A DNA stretch of 64,000 nucleotides. Origin: Chiloscyllium plagiosum (taxonomy: Eukaryota). This document shows, in pieces, positions 63,750-64,000 of this stretch. The translations under genes were made by a program, and so were the position numbers. Numbering within the stretch: position 1 is the stretch's first letter; each line of letters opens with the position of its first letter. The notes beneath the pieces are model-generated. The model saw only the letters and a program-made list of their open reading frames with translations. It had not been told where the DNA came from and made no database searches. The DNA is taken from positions 63,172,467 through 63,236,466 of the forward strand of contig NC_057726.1 of assembly GCF_004010195.1 (NCBI RefSeq), given 5' to 3'.

Positions 63750-64000
63750 TCAAGGCACGGGGCGGGGGGGTGACTGCAGTCAAGAGAGTCAGGTGTTCGA
63801 CCTCACACGTACATGTCTGGGAATACTGTCCAGTCAAATCAGAACTCGGCGTTCCCGCTCGCTCCCTGCGGTCCTTAGCCTGGTCTTCCCCAAGACTCGC
63901 TCACTCAGCCGCCCGTTCTTCTGTTTGTATGGCAGAACCGAGAGGCTGAGAACCTCTACGCTGGGATCCAGAGTAATAACTACAACGTGCGCTCGGACTC
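63750..64000. promoter_or_regulatory. Possible edge of a CpG-rich promoter region
   Basis: CpG density rises outside recognisable TEs; GC-box-like ggggcgggg at about 63760; actacaa motif at 63979-63985. Confidence 0.35.

Overview
Eukaryotic, repeat-rich vertebrate DNA. The repeat content (HE1-type V-SINEs, HER1/CR1 LINEs, SacSINE1-like DeuSINEs) points to a cartilaginous fish, probably a shark (inference). The one clear gene is E2F4 on the + strand: coding exons 2-10 (18924-38662) splice into a 1068-nt frame (355 aa plus stop). Exon 1 is not in the window. Intron 3 is a minor-spliceosome (U12, AT-AC) intron, and the 3' UTR may run to about 47.1 kb. Most other sequence is CR1, L2 and Penelope-like retroelements, SINEs and a solo LTR; nearly all short ORFs in the supplied track are TE remnants or noise. 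The most interesting hidden signal is about 20 short (~70-170 bp) non-coding repeats in three families, whose best-preserved copies carry a minimal type I hammerhead ribozyme core. Several have their own target-site duplications or form head-to-head palindromes. A young Penelope GIY-YIG fragment with its own hammerhead sits among them as a plausible mobiliser. Hammerheads in Penelope-like elements are already known; whether these free-standing copies are undescribed or active cannot be settled from sequence alone. TE boundaries are approximate. Assembly gaps lie at 60038-60131 and 62393-62892.
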